Shown: positions 19,401 to 31,101 of the stretch, one piece after another
Layout of the letters: every line of letters starts with the position of its first letter
Position numbering within the stretch: the stretch's first letter is position 1
Position numbers and translations under genes: made by a program
The notes under the pieces: generated by a model
What the model saw: only the letters and a program-made list of their open reading frames with translations
Told to the model about the DNA's origin: nothing
The model's database searches: none
Origin: Patescibacteria group bacterium
GTDB taxonomy: Bacteria; Patescibacteriota; Patescibacteriia; SG8-24; DYFX01
DNA: 64,000 bases
Direction of reading: 5' to 3'
NCBI GenBank assembly: GCA_041659045.1
Contig: JBAZZB010000002.1
Coordinates: forward strand, 85,427-149,426

Positions 19401-21086
19401 TCAGCGTTTTACCTGGCCGTTCTCGCGGATCGAAAGGATGACCTTTTCGCCGCCAGCGAGACCTTCCAAAACTTCGATCAAGCCGTCGTCACCGCGCGTG
19501 CCAAGCTGCACGTCGAGACGCTTTTCCTTTTCGTTTTCGAGAACGCGGACGTATTTTTTTCCTTCTTCGTCTTCACGAACGGCGCGTTGCGGAACGATCA
19601 GGACGTCGGCGCGTTCAATTGTCACGACGGTGACCGAAGCGGTCATGCCGGCGCGGACAGGCTGGCCGTTACCGACAAAACGGAAACGCGTCTTGTAGTA
19701 CACCACGTCTTGAATGACGGTTTGTGCCGTATCGATCGTCGCCAACTCGCCTTCAAAAGGCGTGTCGTCGCCATAGGCATCAAGCGTCATCTCCGCTTTC
19801 ATACCAACGCTCAACTTGGCGATATCGGTTTCCGGCACGTCGGCCTCGACCTCATAAACATCGTTGCCGTGCAACTTGAGAATCGTCTCTGCGGAGGTCA
19901 CGGTGGATCCCACGCGTCCAAGTACGGCCGCAATCGTACCGTCATAGGGCGCGCGAATGCGTGTGCGGTCGAGCGCGATCGAAGCTTCGCCGAGCGCGGC
20001 GGAAGCTTGCGACACGCTGGCACGCGCGGACGAAAGGTCGTACGAGGTCGCAGGCGCCTTCTTAAGCGCGAGCGAAGCCTTGGCACTCTCAAGCGCTCCT
20101 TCATAGGTGCGCACGTTCTGCTCTGCGGCGTTCAACGTGGCGGAGTTGCTGGCAACCGTCGTGCTCACCAGTTGCTTCTGCGATTCAGCAGCGTTCACGG
20201 CGGCATTGAGATCAACCCAGGCGGCGCGCATGTTGGCCTTGCGCGTATCGAAGGCCGTCTGCGTCGTGAGGCTGTTCGGTGTCGAAACCTGCATCAAATC
20301 CGTCGCGAGCTGCGCCGACAAGCGCACGCTCCGCGCTTCCGACAAAAGCGTCGGAACGCGAGCGTCTTTACCCGTGCGGTCGGCCGCGCGATACGCGACG
20401 ATATCACTTTCCATTCTCGTGAAATCCGCGCGCGCCACTCCGTACGTCGAAGACGTTTGCGCGGCCAAAACGGTGTCTGATGGGTTGAAATCGCTACGCA
20501 AACTGCCAGTCGCGTCGAAGACATCATTCTTCATGACCTGCATGGCCGTCGCCACTTTCAAGTACAGCGTCTCAACCTGCCCATCCATATCAGCCTGAGC
20601 CTTTTCAAGTGTGGCCACGCTTGAAACCTTAGCGTCGGCAAGCGCCTGTTTCGCCTGTCCCAAAGCGATCTCCGCGTTAGAAACGGCGACTTCCGTCACG
20701 TGCAAATCTTCCGGCGTCACGCCGTTGATCAAACGATCAAGATTCGCCTGAGCAGATTGAAGCGAGGCTTGCGCGCTCTGCACACGCACGCGTTCATTGC
20801 GGTCATCAAGCATCGCGAGAATATCGTTCGTCTTCACGATCGCACCAACTTTTGTGCTGATTGTCCTCACGCGTCCAGAACCTTCGAATTTCAAATCAAT
20901 ATCAGCCGAGGAGACGACCTCGCCCGTGACCTGCACGGTTTGGCGCAACGTACCGCGCTCGACGGTGTGCGTGTCGTATTCAATTTTCGGTCCACGTTTC
21001 GCAAAAGCACCGACAACGAGCACGAGGCCGACAGTGATTCCCCCGTACAGCGCAATTTTTTTCCATTGAAGTTTCGGCATGGTCAT
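19401..21086 (-). CDS. MacA/HlyD-family membrane fusion (adaptor) protein
   Basis: N-terminal TM, lipoyl-like halves (SGRV...; IRAPYDG), long helical hairpin, VPETDI, GMTASV. Confidence 0.9.
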   Translation of the reverse strand: MTMPKLQWKKIALYGGITVGLVLVVGAFAKRGPKIEYDTHTVERGTLRQTVQVTGEVVSSADIDLKFEGSGRVRTISTKVGAIVKTNDILAMLDDRNERVRVQSAQASLQSAQANLDRLINGVTPEDLHVTEVAVSNAEIALGQAKQALADAKVSSVATLEKAQADMDGQVETLYLKVATAMQVMKNDVFDATGSLRSDFNPSDTVLAAQTSSTYGVARADFTRMESDIVAYRAADRTGKDARVPTLLSEARSVRLSAQLATDLMQVSTPNSLTTQTAFDTRKANMRAAWVDLNAAVNAAESQKQLVSTTVASNSATLNAAEQNVRTYEGALESAKASLALKKAPATSYDLSSARASVSQASAALGEASIALDRTRIRAPYDGTIAAVLGRVGSTVTSAETILKLHGNDVYEVEADVPETDIAKLSVGMKAEMTLDAYGDDTPFEGELATIDTAQTVIQDVVYYKTRFRFVGNGQPVRAGMTASVTVVTIERADVLIVPQRAVREDEEGKKYVRVLENEKEKRLDVQLGTRGDDGLIEVLEGLAGGEKVILSIRENGQVKR

Positions 21087-21505
21087 ACCAGGATTTTTTC
21101 AAATAGGTGGATCATGAGGTCTTGTTCCTTCGGCGTCAGTCGTCCGAGGATGTGTTCCATCTGCTCTTCGACCTCGGCAAACCGTCGCCCGATGAACATT
21201 TTGCCTTTGGGCGTAAGACGAAGGCGCACGCTGCGACGATCATTGTGGTCCGCTCTTCGTTCAAGAAATTTTGCCGCGACCAAACCATTAATCAGCGCTG
21301 TCGCGGAAGGTGGAGTGATCCGGAGAAACGAAGCGACTTCTTTCATCGTAGGCTCTCCTCGCTCCCGCACGTAGCCGAGCACGATAAGGCGAGGCAGCGT
21401 TGACGGGTCGAGCGGAAAGCTTTTTTTTCCCAAACGCTCGTGAAGCGCCCGCTTCATCGCCAGCATCAATTCAATCAGCCTCGAGAGGCGGGCCGTCTGC
21501 GGCAT
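21083..21505 (-). CDS. MarR family transcriptional regulator
   Basis: wHTH: TMKEVASFLRITPPSATALINGL...DRRSVRLRLTPKG. Confidence 0.92.
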   Translation of the reverse strand: MPQTARLSRLIELMLAMKRALHERLGKKSFPLDPSTLPRLIVLGYVRERGEPTMKEVASFLRITPPSATALINGLVAAKFLERRADHNDRRSVRLRLTPKGKMFIGRRFAEVEEQMEHILGRLTPKEQDLMIHLFEKILV

Positions 21506-21516
21506 GCGGAAACGAA

Positions 21517-21567
21517 AGAATAGTTAGGTTACCTAACTATTCTGGCACCGTGGGCATTCTTTGTCAA
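21517..21567 (-). promoter_or_regulatory. marR promoter with perfect palindromic operator
   Basis: AGAATAGTTAGGT-T-ACCTAACTATTCT (21517-21543, 13 bp arms) overlaps the -10 of TTGACA-N17-CAGAAT. Confidence 0.8.
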
Positions 21568-21569
21568 TC

Positions 21570-22382
21570 TCAGGCCGCTGGCGGCTTGGGTTTGAGCGAA
21601 TGCCTCGGAATTTGAATTGTCGTGCCGGGACGCAGTGTGTACGGGGGCTTGAGGCGATTGGTGCGCACAATCTCTTGCCAACTCAAGTCGAAACGAGAGG
21701 AAAGCGTCATAACCGAATCATCGGGCTCAACACGATACGCCAATGTATTTGAGAGCGGCTTGGGTTTTGGCGGAGGAGTCGGTTTCGGCTTCGGTGGTTC
21801 CGGTACCGGAGGCGTTACTGGCACGCGCGCGGGCTCCGGAGGCTTTTCGAGCATCGGTGCAGCACGCTTCACTTCGACTTTCGTTGTTTTTTTAGAAGCA
21901 ACCTTTATCTTCTTAGGTTCGCGTGGGCGCATCAAGAGGTGCACGATAGCGATGCTCGCGAACAGCGCGGCTGCTCCCCCACCCACGACCATCCCGTTCG
22001 GCAGCAACCAGAATGTATAGGAGGAAATCACAGCCTCGGAACTACCCTCATTCAAAATGACGGTCGTACGAATCTGTCCAAAGATAGGCGCATCATGCCA
22101 ACGCACACTCACGTCCGCGGTTCCACCGGCGGGAACGATCGTCTTTTCCGTCGGAAGAGATGACGCCGCTGACGTACTGTAGACATTAATCACGACAACG
22201 CGGCCCTGAACCTCGATAGCGCGGTCGCGCGTGTTGGCGATCGTGAATTTCAAAATGCGATCGACGCCATCTGGTGCCTGTTGCGCTGCGCGGACACTCA
22301 GCGGCAAAAGTTCCTGCGCAAACACGGGCAGAGCCAGCGCACACGCGAACAATGAGAGGATACAGAGAAGCCGTTTGAACAT
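21570..22382 (-). CDS. Membrane protein with Pro-rich linker and C-terminal LysM domain
   Basis: Start MFKRLLCILS (signal); internal TM; YRVEPDDSVMTLSSRF..SWQEIVRTNRL...LRPG..IQIP. Confidence 0.8.
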   Translation of the reverse strand: MFKRLLCILSLFACALALPVFAQELLPLSVRAAQQAPDGVDRILKFTIANTRDRAIEVQGRVVVINVYSTSAASSLPTEKTIVPAGGTADVSVRWHDAPIFGQIRTTVILNEGSSEAVISSYTFWLLPNGMVVGGGAAALFASIAIVHLLMRPREPKKIKVASKKTTKVEVKRAAPMLEKPPEPARVPVTPPVPEPPKPKPTPPPKPKPLSNTLAYRVEPDDSVMTLSSRFDLSWQEIVRTNRLKPPYTLRPGTTIQIPRHSLKPKPPAA

Positions 22383-22419
22383 ATCTGCGGATATTGTACC
22401 GTATACCTGAGGTGCCGTC

Positions 22420-23136
22420 ATGAGGAGAAAGCTGACGTTTCTCATAGTCCTCGCGATACTCACGCTCTTTGTAACCGATGCCGAGGCCAGAAAGCGACGC
22501 CGCAAGAAGCGTTCGTCGGTTCCCACCGAACTGCGCGGCGGCCGAAGCTCGCAAGAGAAGCAAAACCGCCAAGCGAAGGCCGAGGGTCTCAAGCGCATCA
22601 AAGACCTGGACGAGCTGCGAGATCTCACCAAGGACGGCAAGCTTGTCCGCCTGGAAGACAGCGACACGTACGTACTCAGGAAAGTCGGTGAACTCGTCGA
22701 CAAGCAGAACTCCGACGCGTATCGGGTCGCCCTGGAACGCGTGAAGATCTTCCTCGACCGTGAACTGCCGGCGTTGAAACGCGAAACGGGGCGAAAGAGA
22801 CCTTTCGAGGTCGTTTCGCTGGCGAGAACTGACGCCTACCAAAAACGTGTCTGCGAGGAATACCCCAGATCCGCCATCTGCGGAGACGCGTGGTGGGAAG
22901 TTTCCTCCCATGTTTACGGCGCGACCGTCGACATCGACCTGCTCAACATGACCGGAAAACAGATCGCCAAGTTCCAACGACGCCTCAAGAAGTTGGAGAA
23001 GGACGGCCTGATCGAAGCGATCCAGGAGAAGGGTTGCTTTCACATCATGGTCTTCGAGGACTATCCTCAAAAGACCGAGCCCGTGAAGACGAGCAAGACC
23101 AAGAAACCTCGGAAGAAGAAAAGGAAGTCTCGCTAG
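22420..23136 (+). CDS. Secreted DUF5715-like / Hedgehog-DD-peptidase-fold Zn peptidase candidate
   Basis: Signal peptide; SLART, SSHVYGATVDI, QEKGCFHI. Confidence 0.7.
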   Translation: MRRKLTFLIVLAILTLFVTDAEARKRRRKKRSSVPTELRGGRSSQEKQNRQAKAEGLKRIKDLDELRDLTKDGKLVRLEDSDTYVLRKVGELVDKQNSDAYRVALERVKIFLDRELPALKRETGRKRPFEVVSLARTDAYQKRVCEEYPRSAICGDAWWEVSSHVYGATVDIDLLNMTGKQIAKFQRRLKKLEKDGLIEAIQEKGCFHIMVFEDYPQKTEPVKTSKTKKPRKKKRKSR

Positions 23137-23187
23137 ACCCGAAGCCAATTCGGGTCTTTTTTATGTTATAGTGCGTGTACAAATACT

Positions 23188-25221
23188 ATGAAGTTACAGC
23201 GAAAAAACCTCGTTGACCGTTTGTTCAGACCGAACAGAAAGAACATCGCTGCGCGTCTTGGTATTTTCGGGCTGACGCTGCTGCCGATCGCTATTTTGGC
23301 AGCGGTCAACTACGTTCAGCTTTACGACCATCTCACGCAACGTGCCCTCGATCGCCGCCAAGCGGTGGCGCAGCTTGCCGGACAAATGGTTCAGCAACAC
23401 TTTGACGCGCTGATTCAGGTGGGAAGATCGCTTGCGAGCCGCCCCGTACTGATCGAGGCGATTGAGAAAAACGACTGGCCGGGTGCCATAGAAACCATCG
23501 AGCGCACGCCCGAACAGTTTCCATTTATCAAACGCATCGCGTTGAACGACCTTAGCGGCACCGCACGAGCCAACTTCCCACGGACGACCGAGGGAATCGG
23601 GACAAGCTTCGCCTATCGAGACTGGTACCAAGGTGTCAGCAAGAACTGGACTCCCTATGTTTCAGAGGTGTTCCAACGCGCTGTTGAACCAAAAACGAAC
23701 GTTGTCGGCGTCGCCGTACCGATCGTCACCTTAGACAACCGAAATGTCGGCATTTTGTTGATGCAGGTAGAACTGGACACCTTGCTCCAATGGACCAGTG
23801 AGGTGTCAGTTGGCGGCAGCGGGTATATCTATGTCGTAGACCGAAAAGGTCACGTCATGATCCACCCAGAGCATCCAGCAGGCCAGGATATTGTTGATCT
23901 GTCATCGCTTCCCGCGGTTCAACAAGCGCTGGAGAGCTCAAGTGGCGTTGGTATTTTCAGCAACCCCCAAGAGAACGAAGATCGTCTCTATGCCTACTGG
24001 ACGTCGCCTCAGTACGGTTTTTCCGTCGGTGTCCAAGAACCCGTGCGCTCCGCCTTCGCGACGCGTAGGGAAGTTCTAACGGGAATTCTTTTCGTCTACG
24101 CGATCATTTTTCTCTTGAACTTCATTCTTGCGTGGGTTCTCTGGCGACTGGTTCGCACGCTTGTTACCAACTATCAGCAAGAAGACATCTATCTCACCAG
24201 CATTGGCGACGGTGTTGTGGCGATCGATCGTGATTGGAACATCACGCTCTGGAATGATGCCGCCGCCAAACTGACCGGTTGGAGCGCTGAGGAGGCTATC
24301 GGGGGGTCATTCCGTGAAAAGATCCGCTTTTTGCGAGAGCACGACCGAAAGGAGAACATCGGATTTGTCGAGGAGGCAATCCTCTTTGGCACAACCAAGC
24401 AGATGTCGAACAGCACGATCCTTCTTACCAGAGATGAGCGGGAAATTCCCGTAAGCAACAGTGCGGCTCCCATCTTTGGTCCCAAGGGGCAAGTTTCCGG
24501 AGTGATCATTATTTTCCGCGACGACACGCACGAGCGAGATTCGCATATTCTGCGCACGGACTTTGCCTACGCTTCACATCAACTGCGCACACCGATTACC
24601 AAAGCGCTTTGGAGTCTCGAAGCCGCTGCTGAGGGTGCAAAGAACGGACAGAAAGAGAAGCTCGAAACGGCACGAATCGCCCTGCTGGACGTGCAGAAAC
24701 TCAGCGAGCGCCTGTTGGAGGTATCGCTGATCGACCAAAAGACTCTCTTCGCGAAACCTGAAACCGTTTCTGTCGCCGATACTGTTGAAAAAGCGGTGGC
24801 TACATGTTCCTCAGATGCCAGCTCACGCACGACACGCGTCGTGACACATTTTGGCTCCGCGGCTGAGACAATAGAAACAGATCCAAAACTCCTGCGACTC
24901 GCGCTAGAAGAAGTTATTTCCAATGCCGTGCTGTACAGCCCGAAAAACAGCACCGTCGACGTGCAAACGGCAAAACAAGGTAACGAATTGCTTATCGAGG
25001 TACGCGACACCGGGCTGGGTATTCCGGAAGAGCAGCAAACCTTGGTCTTCACAAAGTTCTTCCGAGGAGAAAATGTCCCTTCCGATGTTTCCGGCGTCGG
25101 CCTCGGCCTCTTCATCGCCCGCGAGTACATAAGACTGCTCGGTGGGCGTATCTGGTTCGTTTCCGAACCTGGCCGAGGCACGACCTTCTCTATCACCATC
25201 CCGATCTCAAAAACACGCTGA
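23188..25221 (+). CDS. Sensor histidine kinase (dCache, PAS, HisKA, HATPase)
   Basis: YRDWY...PYVSE dCache; SIGDGV..WNDAA PAS; ASHQLRTP; SNAVLYS; DTGLGI; GVGLGL. Confidence 0.92.
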   Translation: MKLQRKNLVDRLFRPNRKNIAARLGIFGLTLLPIAILAAVNYVQLYDHLTQRALDRRQAVAQLAGQMVQQHFDALIQVGRSLASRPVLIEAIEKNDWPGAIETIERTPEQFPFIKRIALNDLSGTARANFPRTTEGIGTSFAYRDWYQGVSKNWTPYVSEVFQRAVEPKTNVVGVAVPIVTLDNRNVGILLMQVELDTLLQWTSEVSVGGSGYIYVVDRKGHVMIHPEHPAGQDIVDLSSLPAVQQALESSSGVGIFSNPQENEDRLYAYWTSPQYGFSVGVQEPVRSAFATRREVLTGILFVYAIIFLLNFILAWVLWRLVRTLVTNYQQEDIYLTSIGDGVVAIDRDWNITLWNDAAAKLTGWSAEEAIGGSFREKIRFLREHDRKENIGFVEEAILFGTTKQMSNSTILLTRDEREIPVSNSAAPIFGPKGQVSGVIIIFRDDTHERDSHILRTDFAYASHQLRTPITKALWSLEAAAEGAKNGQKEKLETARIALLDVQKLSERLLEVSLIDQKTLFAKPETVSVADTVEKAVATCSSDASSRTTRVVTHFGSAAETIETDPKLLRLALEEVISNAVLYSPKNSTVDVQTAKQGNELLIEVRDTGLGIPEEQQTLVFTKFFRGENVPSDVSGVGLGLFIAREYIRLLGGRIWFVSEPGRGTTFSITIPISKTR

Positions 25222-25236
25222 CACGCACCGGCGGAT

Positions 25237-25827
25237 ATGACTGAACAGCACGATTCTCAGATGAAGGACGATACGGAACGCGACGTCGAAACACTCAGCA
25301 CCGGCGCGTCGGGAAAGGCGGAACGTACCAAACACTCCCCCGCGGAGTCTTTGGAAGGAAAAACGATTACCCCCGATCTTCGCATCGACTTGAACGCGGA
25401 AGACGCAATCGAGAAGCTCAACCAGATACACGCGGAACTCGGCTCCCCTCCCGAAGCTGGCGAAGCCGAAACCGTGACAGAAGAAGACGAACGCGAGTTC
25501 GAGGAGACTCTCGCTAAAATCGATGAAAGAACCGCGTGGAAGCACGCCATGGACGCAGAGCTCTTCGATGCCGACTCCCTCATCTACCGCGAGACCGAGG
25601 AAGCCGCACGCGAACTCTGCCTCCTTGCCCGAGCCGGGTACGAAAAAAGCGAGTTGGAGCGTATCGCAAACTCCCTCGTCGATGCGATCATGAAGAACAG
25701 GAAAGAAGGTGAGGGGCTCAGTACCAAAGAATCGACGCTCGCCTATCTCAGGCGACGGTACGAACTGCTGTTGAGCGAGGCTCCAGTTGAGGACACCGCG
25801 GATGACGATCCAACACAAAGCGCATAA
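25237..25827 (+). CDS. Hypothetical acidic protein
   Basis: 196 aa ORF followed by a hairpin terminator at ~25830-25856. Confidence 0.6.
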   Translation: MTEQHDSQMKDDTERDVETLSTGASGKAERTKHSPAESLEGKTITPDLRIDLNAEDAIEKLNQIHAELGSPPEAGEAETVTEEDEREFEETLAKIDERTAWKHAMDAELFDADSLIYRETEEAARELCLLARAGYEKSELERIANSLVDAIMKNRKEGEGLSTKESTLAYLRRRYELLLSEAPVEDTADDDPTQSA

Positions 25828-25903
25828 GCAACGCTCCGGCCTCGGCCGGAGCGTTTATGTTTCGTTTGACTTTAAGCTGAAAAAGTGATATATTATTATC
25901 AAT

Positions 25904-26428
25904 ATGGGCATCTGGGACAAGTTCGGTTTCGATACGAAACAAGGAAATCAAGCGGAGAACGCGCCTAACGCGACTTCCGTGCGTGTTGAGGAATACCTTC
26001 AAGATATCTTGCCCGAAGCCAAAAAGGGCGAGGCAAGCGCCCTTGAAGAGCTTCGCTCATTTTCCAGCGAAGCCTCGATGGCGAAGTACACGGAGCAGTG
26101 GCGATCATTTGCGCTGTCCCCTGGTTCGAATAAAAAGACGTTCCCCGAATGGTTGTCCGATAAACGCGAAGGTCTCATTCAAAAGCTTGGAAGCTCTGAA
26201 GAATTCCACGCCATTACACAGCACGTGCACGACGCCTTTTACGAGGCTGGAAAAAAACCAGAAGAGGCCATCAAGCTGCTCGAGCAAAAAGCGGCAGCGC
26301 TCAACGAACAGGTGAATGCGTTGGTAAGCCAAGGCGTCACGGGCAGTCAGGTCGACAAGCTGCGCATGCAGTCCAAACGACTCTACGCTGCAGTCAACAA
26401 AATCGACGATTTCATCCAAAATACCTAA
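25904..26428 (+). CDS. Hypothetical protein
   Basis: 174 aa helical ORF after an AT-rich promoter-like region. Confidence 0.65.
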   Translation: MGIWDKFGFDTKQGNQAENAPNATSVRVEEYLQDILPEAKKGEASALEELRSFSSEASMAKYTEQWRSFALSPGSNKKTFPEWLSDKREGLIQKLGSSEEFHAITQHVHDAFYEAGKKPEEAIKLLEQKAAALNEQVNALVSQGVTGSQVDKLRMQSKRLYAAVNKIDDFIQNT

Positions 26429-26444
26429 AAATCCTCAAAACCAT

Positions 26445-26753
26445 ATGTACGAGATGCCTTCACTGTCCGGGGACACGTTCGATGCGGAGCAAGGTCCTGC
26501 AGATTCAGCTTCTGCTGTGCTCGCCGAAGCGATCGAAGAGCTCGAAGGGAAGATCTCCGGAGCTCAAAATAAGGATGAACAGGCGGAGGACAGCAAAGAA
26601 CTCGCCATCCTTCGCCGCGCGGCAAACGCCCTGAAAGACGCCGGCGGAGACCGCAACGAAGCCATCTCCTGGCTCAAAGAACAAGCAACGACCGTAGTAA
26701 ACCCTGAAGCGTTCGAAGCCGCCGCAAAGTGGCTCGAACACCTCAAGGACTGA
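26445..26753 (+). CDS. Hypothetical protein
   Basis: 102 aa helical ORF; terminator at ~26758-26784. Confidence 0.6.
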   Translation: MYEMPSLSGDTFDAEQGPADSASAVLAEAIEELEGKISGAQNKDEQAEDSKELAILRRAANALKDAGGDRNEAISWLKEQATTVVNPEAFEAAAKWLEHLKD

Positions 26754-26814
26754 GTATGAACCCCGGCCCACTGCCGGGGTTTTCATTTTGCCCGTGGTAT
26801 GATAGAAGCCACGT

Positions 26815-27507
26815 ATGAAATCCGCGCTCCGCTTCGACATTCTCACCATCTTTCCAGGCATGCTTTCGTCTTATCTCGACGAGAGCATGATCAAACGCGC
26901 CAAAGCGCGGAAGCTTTTGGATATCCGAGTGCACGACCTGCGCGACTGGGCCAAGGACAAACATCATAAGGTAGACGACCGACCCTTCGGCGGCGGCGCT
27001 GGTATGCTTATGAAAGTCGAACCGATCTACGGCGCACTGAAAGAGCTCAAAGCTCTCAAGTCCTCCAAAAAGGATCGCCCCTACGTCATCCTTCTCTCCC
27101 CCCGCGGCACACGTTTCACCCAGCGCGTGGCCGAACGGCTCGTAAAGCACAAACAGATCGTCTTCATCTGTGGGCGCTACGAAGGAATCGACCAGCGCGT
27201 CACGGACCACCTTATAGATGAAGAGATGTCCGTCGGCGACTACGTTCTTACTGGCGGCGAGCTCCCGGCCATGACAATCCTCGATGCCGTCTCACGACTC
27301 GTTCCAGGCGTCGTCGGCAAAGAAGCTTCTATTGTAGAAGAGTCGCATTCAGCGGACGGCTTCATCGAACATCCTCATTACACGCGCCCAGAAGTCTTCT
27401 CTCCTAAGAAGGGTGAAAAATGGGAGGTACCATCCGTCCTCCTCTCTGGTGATCATAAGAAGATCGCCGAGTGGCGCATGAAAAACGCATCGCGAGCCAA
27501 AAAGTAA
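26815..27507 (+). CDS. trmD: tRNA (guanine-N1)-methyltransferase
   Basis: VDDRPFGGGAGM, CGRYEGIDQRV, SVGDYVLTGGE, HYTRP, LLSGDH. Confidence 0.97.
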   Translation: MKSALRFDILTIFPGMLSSYLDESMIKRAKARKLLDIRVHDLRDWAKDKHHKVDDRPFGGGAGMLMKVEPIYGALKELKALKSSKKDRPYVILLSPRGTRFTQRVAERLVKHKQIVFICGRYEGIDQRVTDHLIDEEMSVGDYVLTGGELPAMTILDAVSRLVPGVVGKEASIVEESHSADGFIEHPHYTRPEVFSPKKGEKWEVPSVLLSGDHKKIAEWRMKNASRAKK

Positions 27508-27540
27508 AAAACCCCTGTATTATCAGGGGTTTTTTCGTAC

Positions 27541-28194
27541 TTAGTTCTTGCAGGTTTTGAGATCCGCTTCGTACGCCTTGCGAGCCGCCTTGGTCTCAAG
27601 ATGATACGTATTGGAAATAGAGCGCTTCGCTTCCTTAAAGGTTTGCTGCGCGGTCTTCACCGATGCCTGGTAGACACGGCGCGCTTCCCTCCATTGCGCA
27701 ACCGATGAGGCGGAGACAACCGCCGTGCCGGATGCAGAGGTGCTCGCAGTGATCGTGGCGTGGAAAAGGTCGCGTGCAGACTTGAGCGAGGCAAGATACG
27801 ACGTCTGTACCTTCTTATATTCGACGTCGCGCTCATTACGTGCCTTCTTAAGGGCGGTCTGGTACTCCGTCTGCGACTCCTTCTTGCAACGTTTGCGGTC
27901 CGTCACTTCCGCGGAAACCGTTGCGCTGGTTGTCGGCCTGTTTTTCACCGATTTCCTTAGCTCATTCTTCACTTCCTTCAACTCGTTCTTAATCTCCTTT
28001 TCCAGCTCGCGAGTCTCTTCAGAGAGACCGATTTTGGCGCCGAGACCGAGCTTCAGGCCAAGGTGCTTGCCGCGTGATTCGAATTCGCCGTCGGACGCGA
28101 GCGCCGGAAGCGACGAAACGAGCATGACAGCCGTCATAGCACCGACCGCCAACTGCTTGTTGATCGAGAAACGTTTCTTGAGTTGCATAGGCAT
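27541..28194 (-). CDS. Hypothetical secreted helical/coiled-coil protein
   Basis: Signal-like N-terminus (...SSLPALA); Lys/Ala-rich helical segments. Confidence 0.65.
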   Translation of the reverse strand: MPMQLKKRFSINKQLAVGAMTAVMLVSSLPALASDGEFESRGKHLGLKLGLGAKIGLSEETRELEKEIKNELKEVKNELRKSVKNRPTTSATVSAEVTDRKRCKKESQTEYQTALKKARNERDVEYKKVQTSYLASLKSARDLFHATITASTSASGTAVVSASSVAQWREARRVYQASVKTAQQTFKEAKRSISNTYHLETKAARKAYEADLKTCKN

Positions 28195-28326
28195 CTTAAT
28201 GGTTACGCATACCTAGACGCCTGACTCGCGCTTTCCTTACGCCCCAAAACAGATTTTTGTAAAACCCCTTATTTTTCAAGCTTTTCACGCATTTTTCCAC
28301 AGGATGGCACGACCCTTGACAGACTC

Positions 28327-28435
28327 TTGACACGTGTTTTTCCCTCCTGTATAGTATGCCCATCGTCAAAAGGAACAGGGCTTACAGATCCCCGCAAAAC
28401 GGGGATTTGACAACAAAAAAGTCCTTCCCTATGAT
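28327..28435 (+). promoter_or_regulatory. Tandem rRNA promoters P1/P2
   Basis: TTGACA-N17-TATAGT (28327-28355) and TTGACA-N17-TATGAT (28407-28435). Confidence 0.85.
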
Positions 28436-28553
28436 GTGCCCGTCTTTGACAATCTGATCGTGAGAAGGAATCCACATCTGTCCACAAAGGACAGGTAGAG
28501 CAACGTCAATTCCAATGACAGAGGCTCCGAATGTCCGCCAGGACACGGAGTAC

Positions 28554-30067
<1,514 letters not shown>

Positions 30068-30238
30068 TAGGGAGTATTGCCATGATGAAACACTCTGGCC
30101 AATCCCAAGTCGGCCCGATCGCAAGATCGGGTGGTCCGCACCGCAAGGTCGGACAAACTTCTAACGAATGTTGGAAGCAAAGCACTCCGGGACTGACGTT
30201 GTTCCGGGACTTCTCACGATCAGATTGCAAAAGACGCC

Positions 30239-30262
30239 AAAGAGCGCCGAAAGGCGCTTTTT
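30239..30262 (+). terminator. Intrinsic terminator after the 16S trailer
   Basis: AGAGCGCC-GAAA-GGCGCTTTTT. Confidence 0.75.
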
Positions 30263-30346
30263 GCGTTGCGTAAAAAAGCACTGCAGACAGCTCCCCTACT
30301 TGCCAAATTCAGGGCTATTTGCTAAATTATCGCTGTTCCCTCAAGG

Positions 30347-30423
30347 GGACGCGTAGCTCAGTTGGTTAGAGCGTCACACTGATAATGTGAAGGTCGATGG
30401 TTCGACTCCATCCGCGTCCACCA
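30347..30423 (+). tRNA. tRNA-Ile(GAT)
   Basis: Cloverleaf GGACGCG...TCACA-CTGATAA-TGTGA...TTCGACT...CGCGTCC-ACCA. Confidence 0.96.
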
Positions 30424-30440
30424 AACGTAAACGATATTCC

Positions 30441-30941
30441 ATGGACTTTCCGGGAACGGTCACGCACATTACTGAGGCTGAAATTCTTATCCGGCTTGTC
30501 CTGGCGACCGTTCTTTCGGCCCTGGTCGGCATGGAGCGCGAATTTCATCGTAAGCCCGCTGGCCTCCGCACGAACGTCATTGTCGGAATGGGCTCTTGCC
30601 TCTTCACGATCGTGTCTGTTCGCGCCGTCGATCTGTTCCCTACCGTGCAAGCAATTGACCCTACGCGCATCGCAGCGCAAATCGTTACGGGCATCGGCTT
30701 CCTCGGTGCCGGCACGATCCTGTTCGAAAAAGACCGTTCGTCCGTCGTCGGCCTGACGACCGCAGCAACCCTTTGGGTTGTCGCCGCCATCGGCACCGCG
30801 ATCGGCATGGGCTTGTACGTCGAAGCCATTGCCGGAACCGCTCTGATCTTCTTTACCTTCATGGTACTGAGCAGAGTGGTCAACGAAGTGCGTAAGCGCT
30901 CGAACGGGTACAACGGCAACGACACGGCCCGAGAGAAGTAA
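30441..30941 (+). CDS. MgtC/SapB family membrane protein
   Basis: GMERE..RKPAGLRT, DPTRIAAQIVTGIGFLGAG, GLTTAATLW. Confidence 0.93.
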   Translation: MDFPGTVTHITEAEILIRLVLATVLSALVGMEREFHRKPAGLRTNVIVGMGSCLFTIVSVRAVDLFPTVQAIDPTRIAAQIVTGIGFLGAGTILFEKDRSSVVGLTTAATLWVVAAIGTAIGMGLYVEAIAGTALIFFTFMVLSRVVNEVRKRSNGYNGNDTAREK

Positions 30942-31026
30942 TTGAGACGAAGCGACGCTCGTGTCATGCGAGCACAGCGAGCAAGAGGAGCGGCCCTGCA
31001 CCGTACGGTGCAGGGGTAAGCGACGA

Positions 31027-31101
31027 GCCGGGGTAGCTCATCGGTAGAGCGAAGGCCTGAAGAGCCTTGCGTGGTGAGTTCGACTCTCACTCCCGGCACC
31101 A
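31027..31101 (+). tRNA. tRNA-Phe(GAA)
   Basis: GCCGGGG...AAGGC-CTGAAGA-GCCTT...TTCGACT...TCCCGGC-ACCA; terminator at 31103-31128. Confidence 0.95.

Noticed and set aside
28215-28245. Possible ECF-type promoter GTAAGG-N15-CGTCTA upstream of 27541-28194
   Set aside because: Single instance and no ECF sigma in the window; too weak to call.
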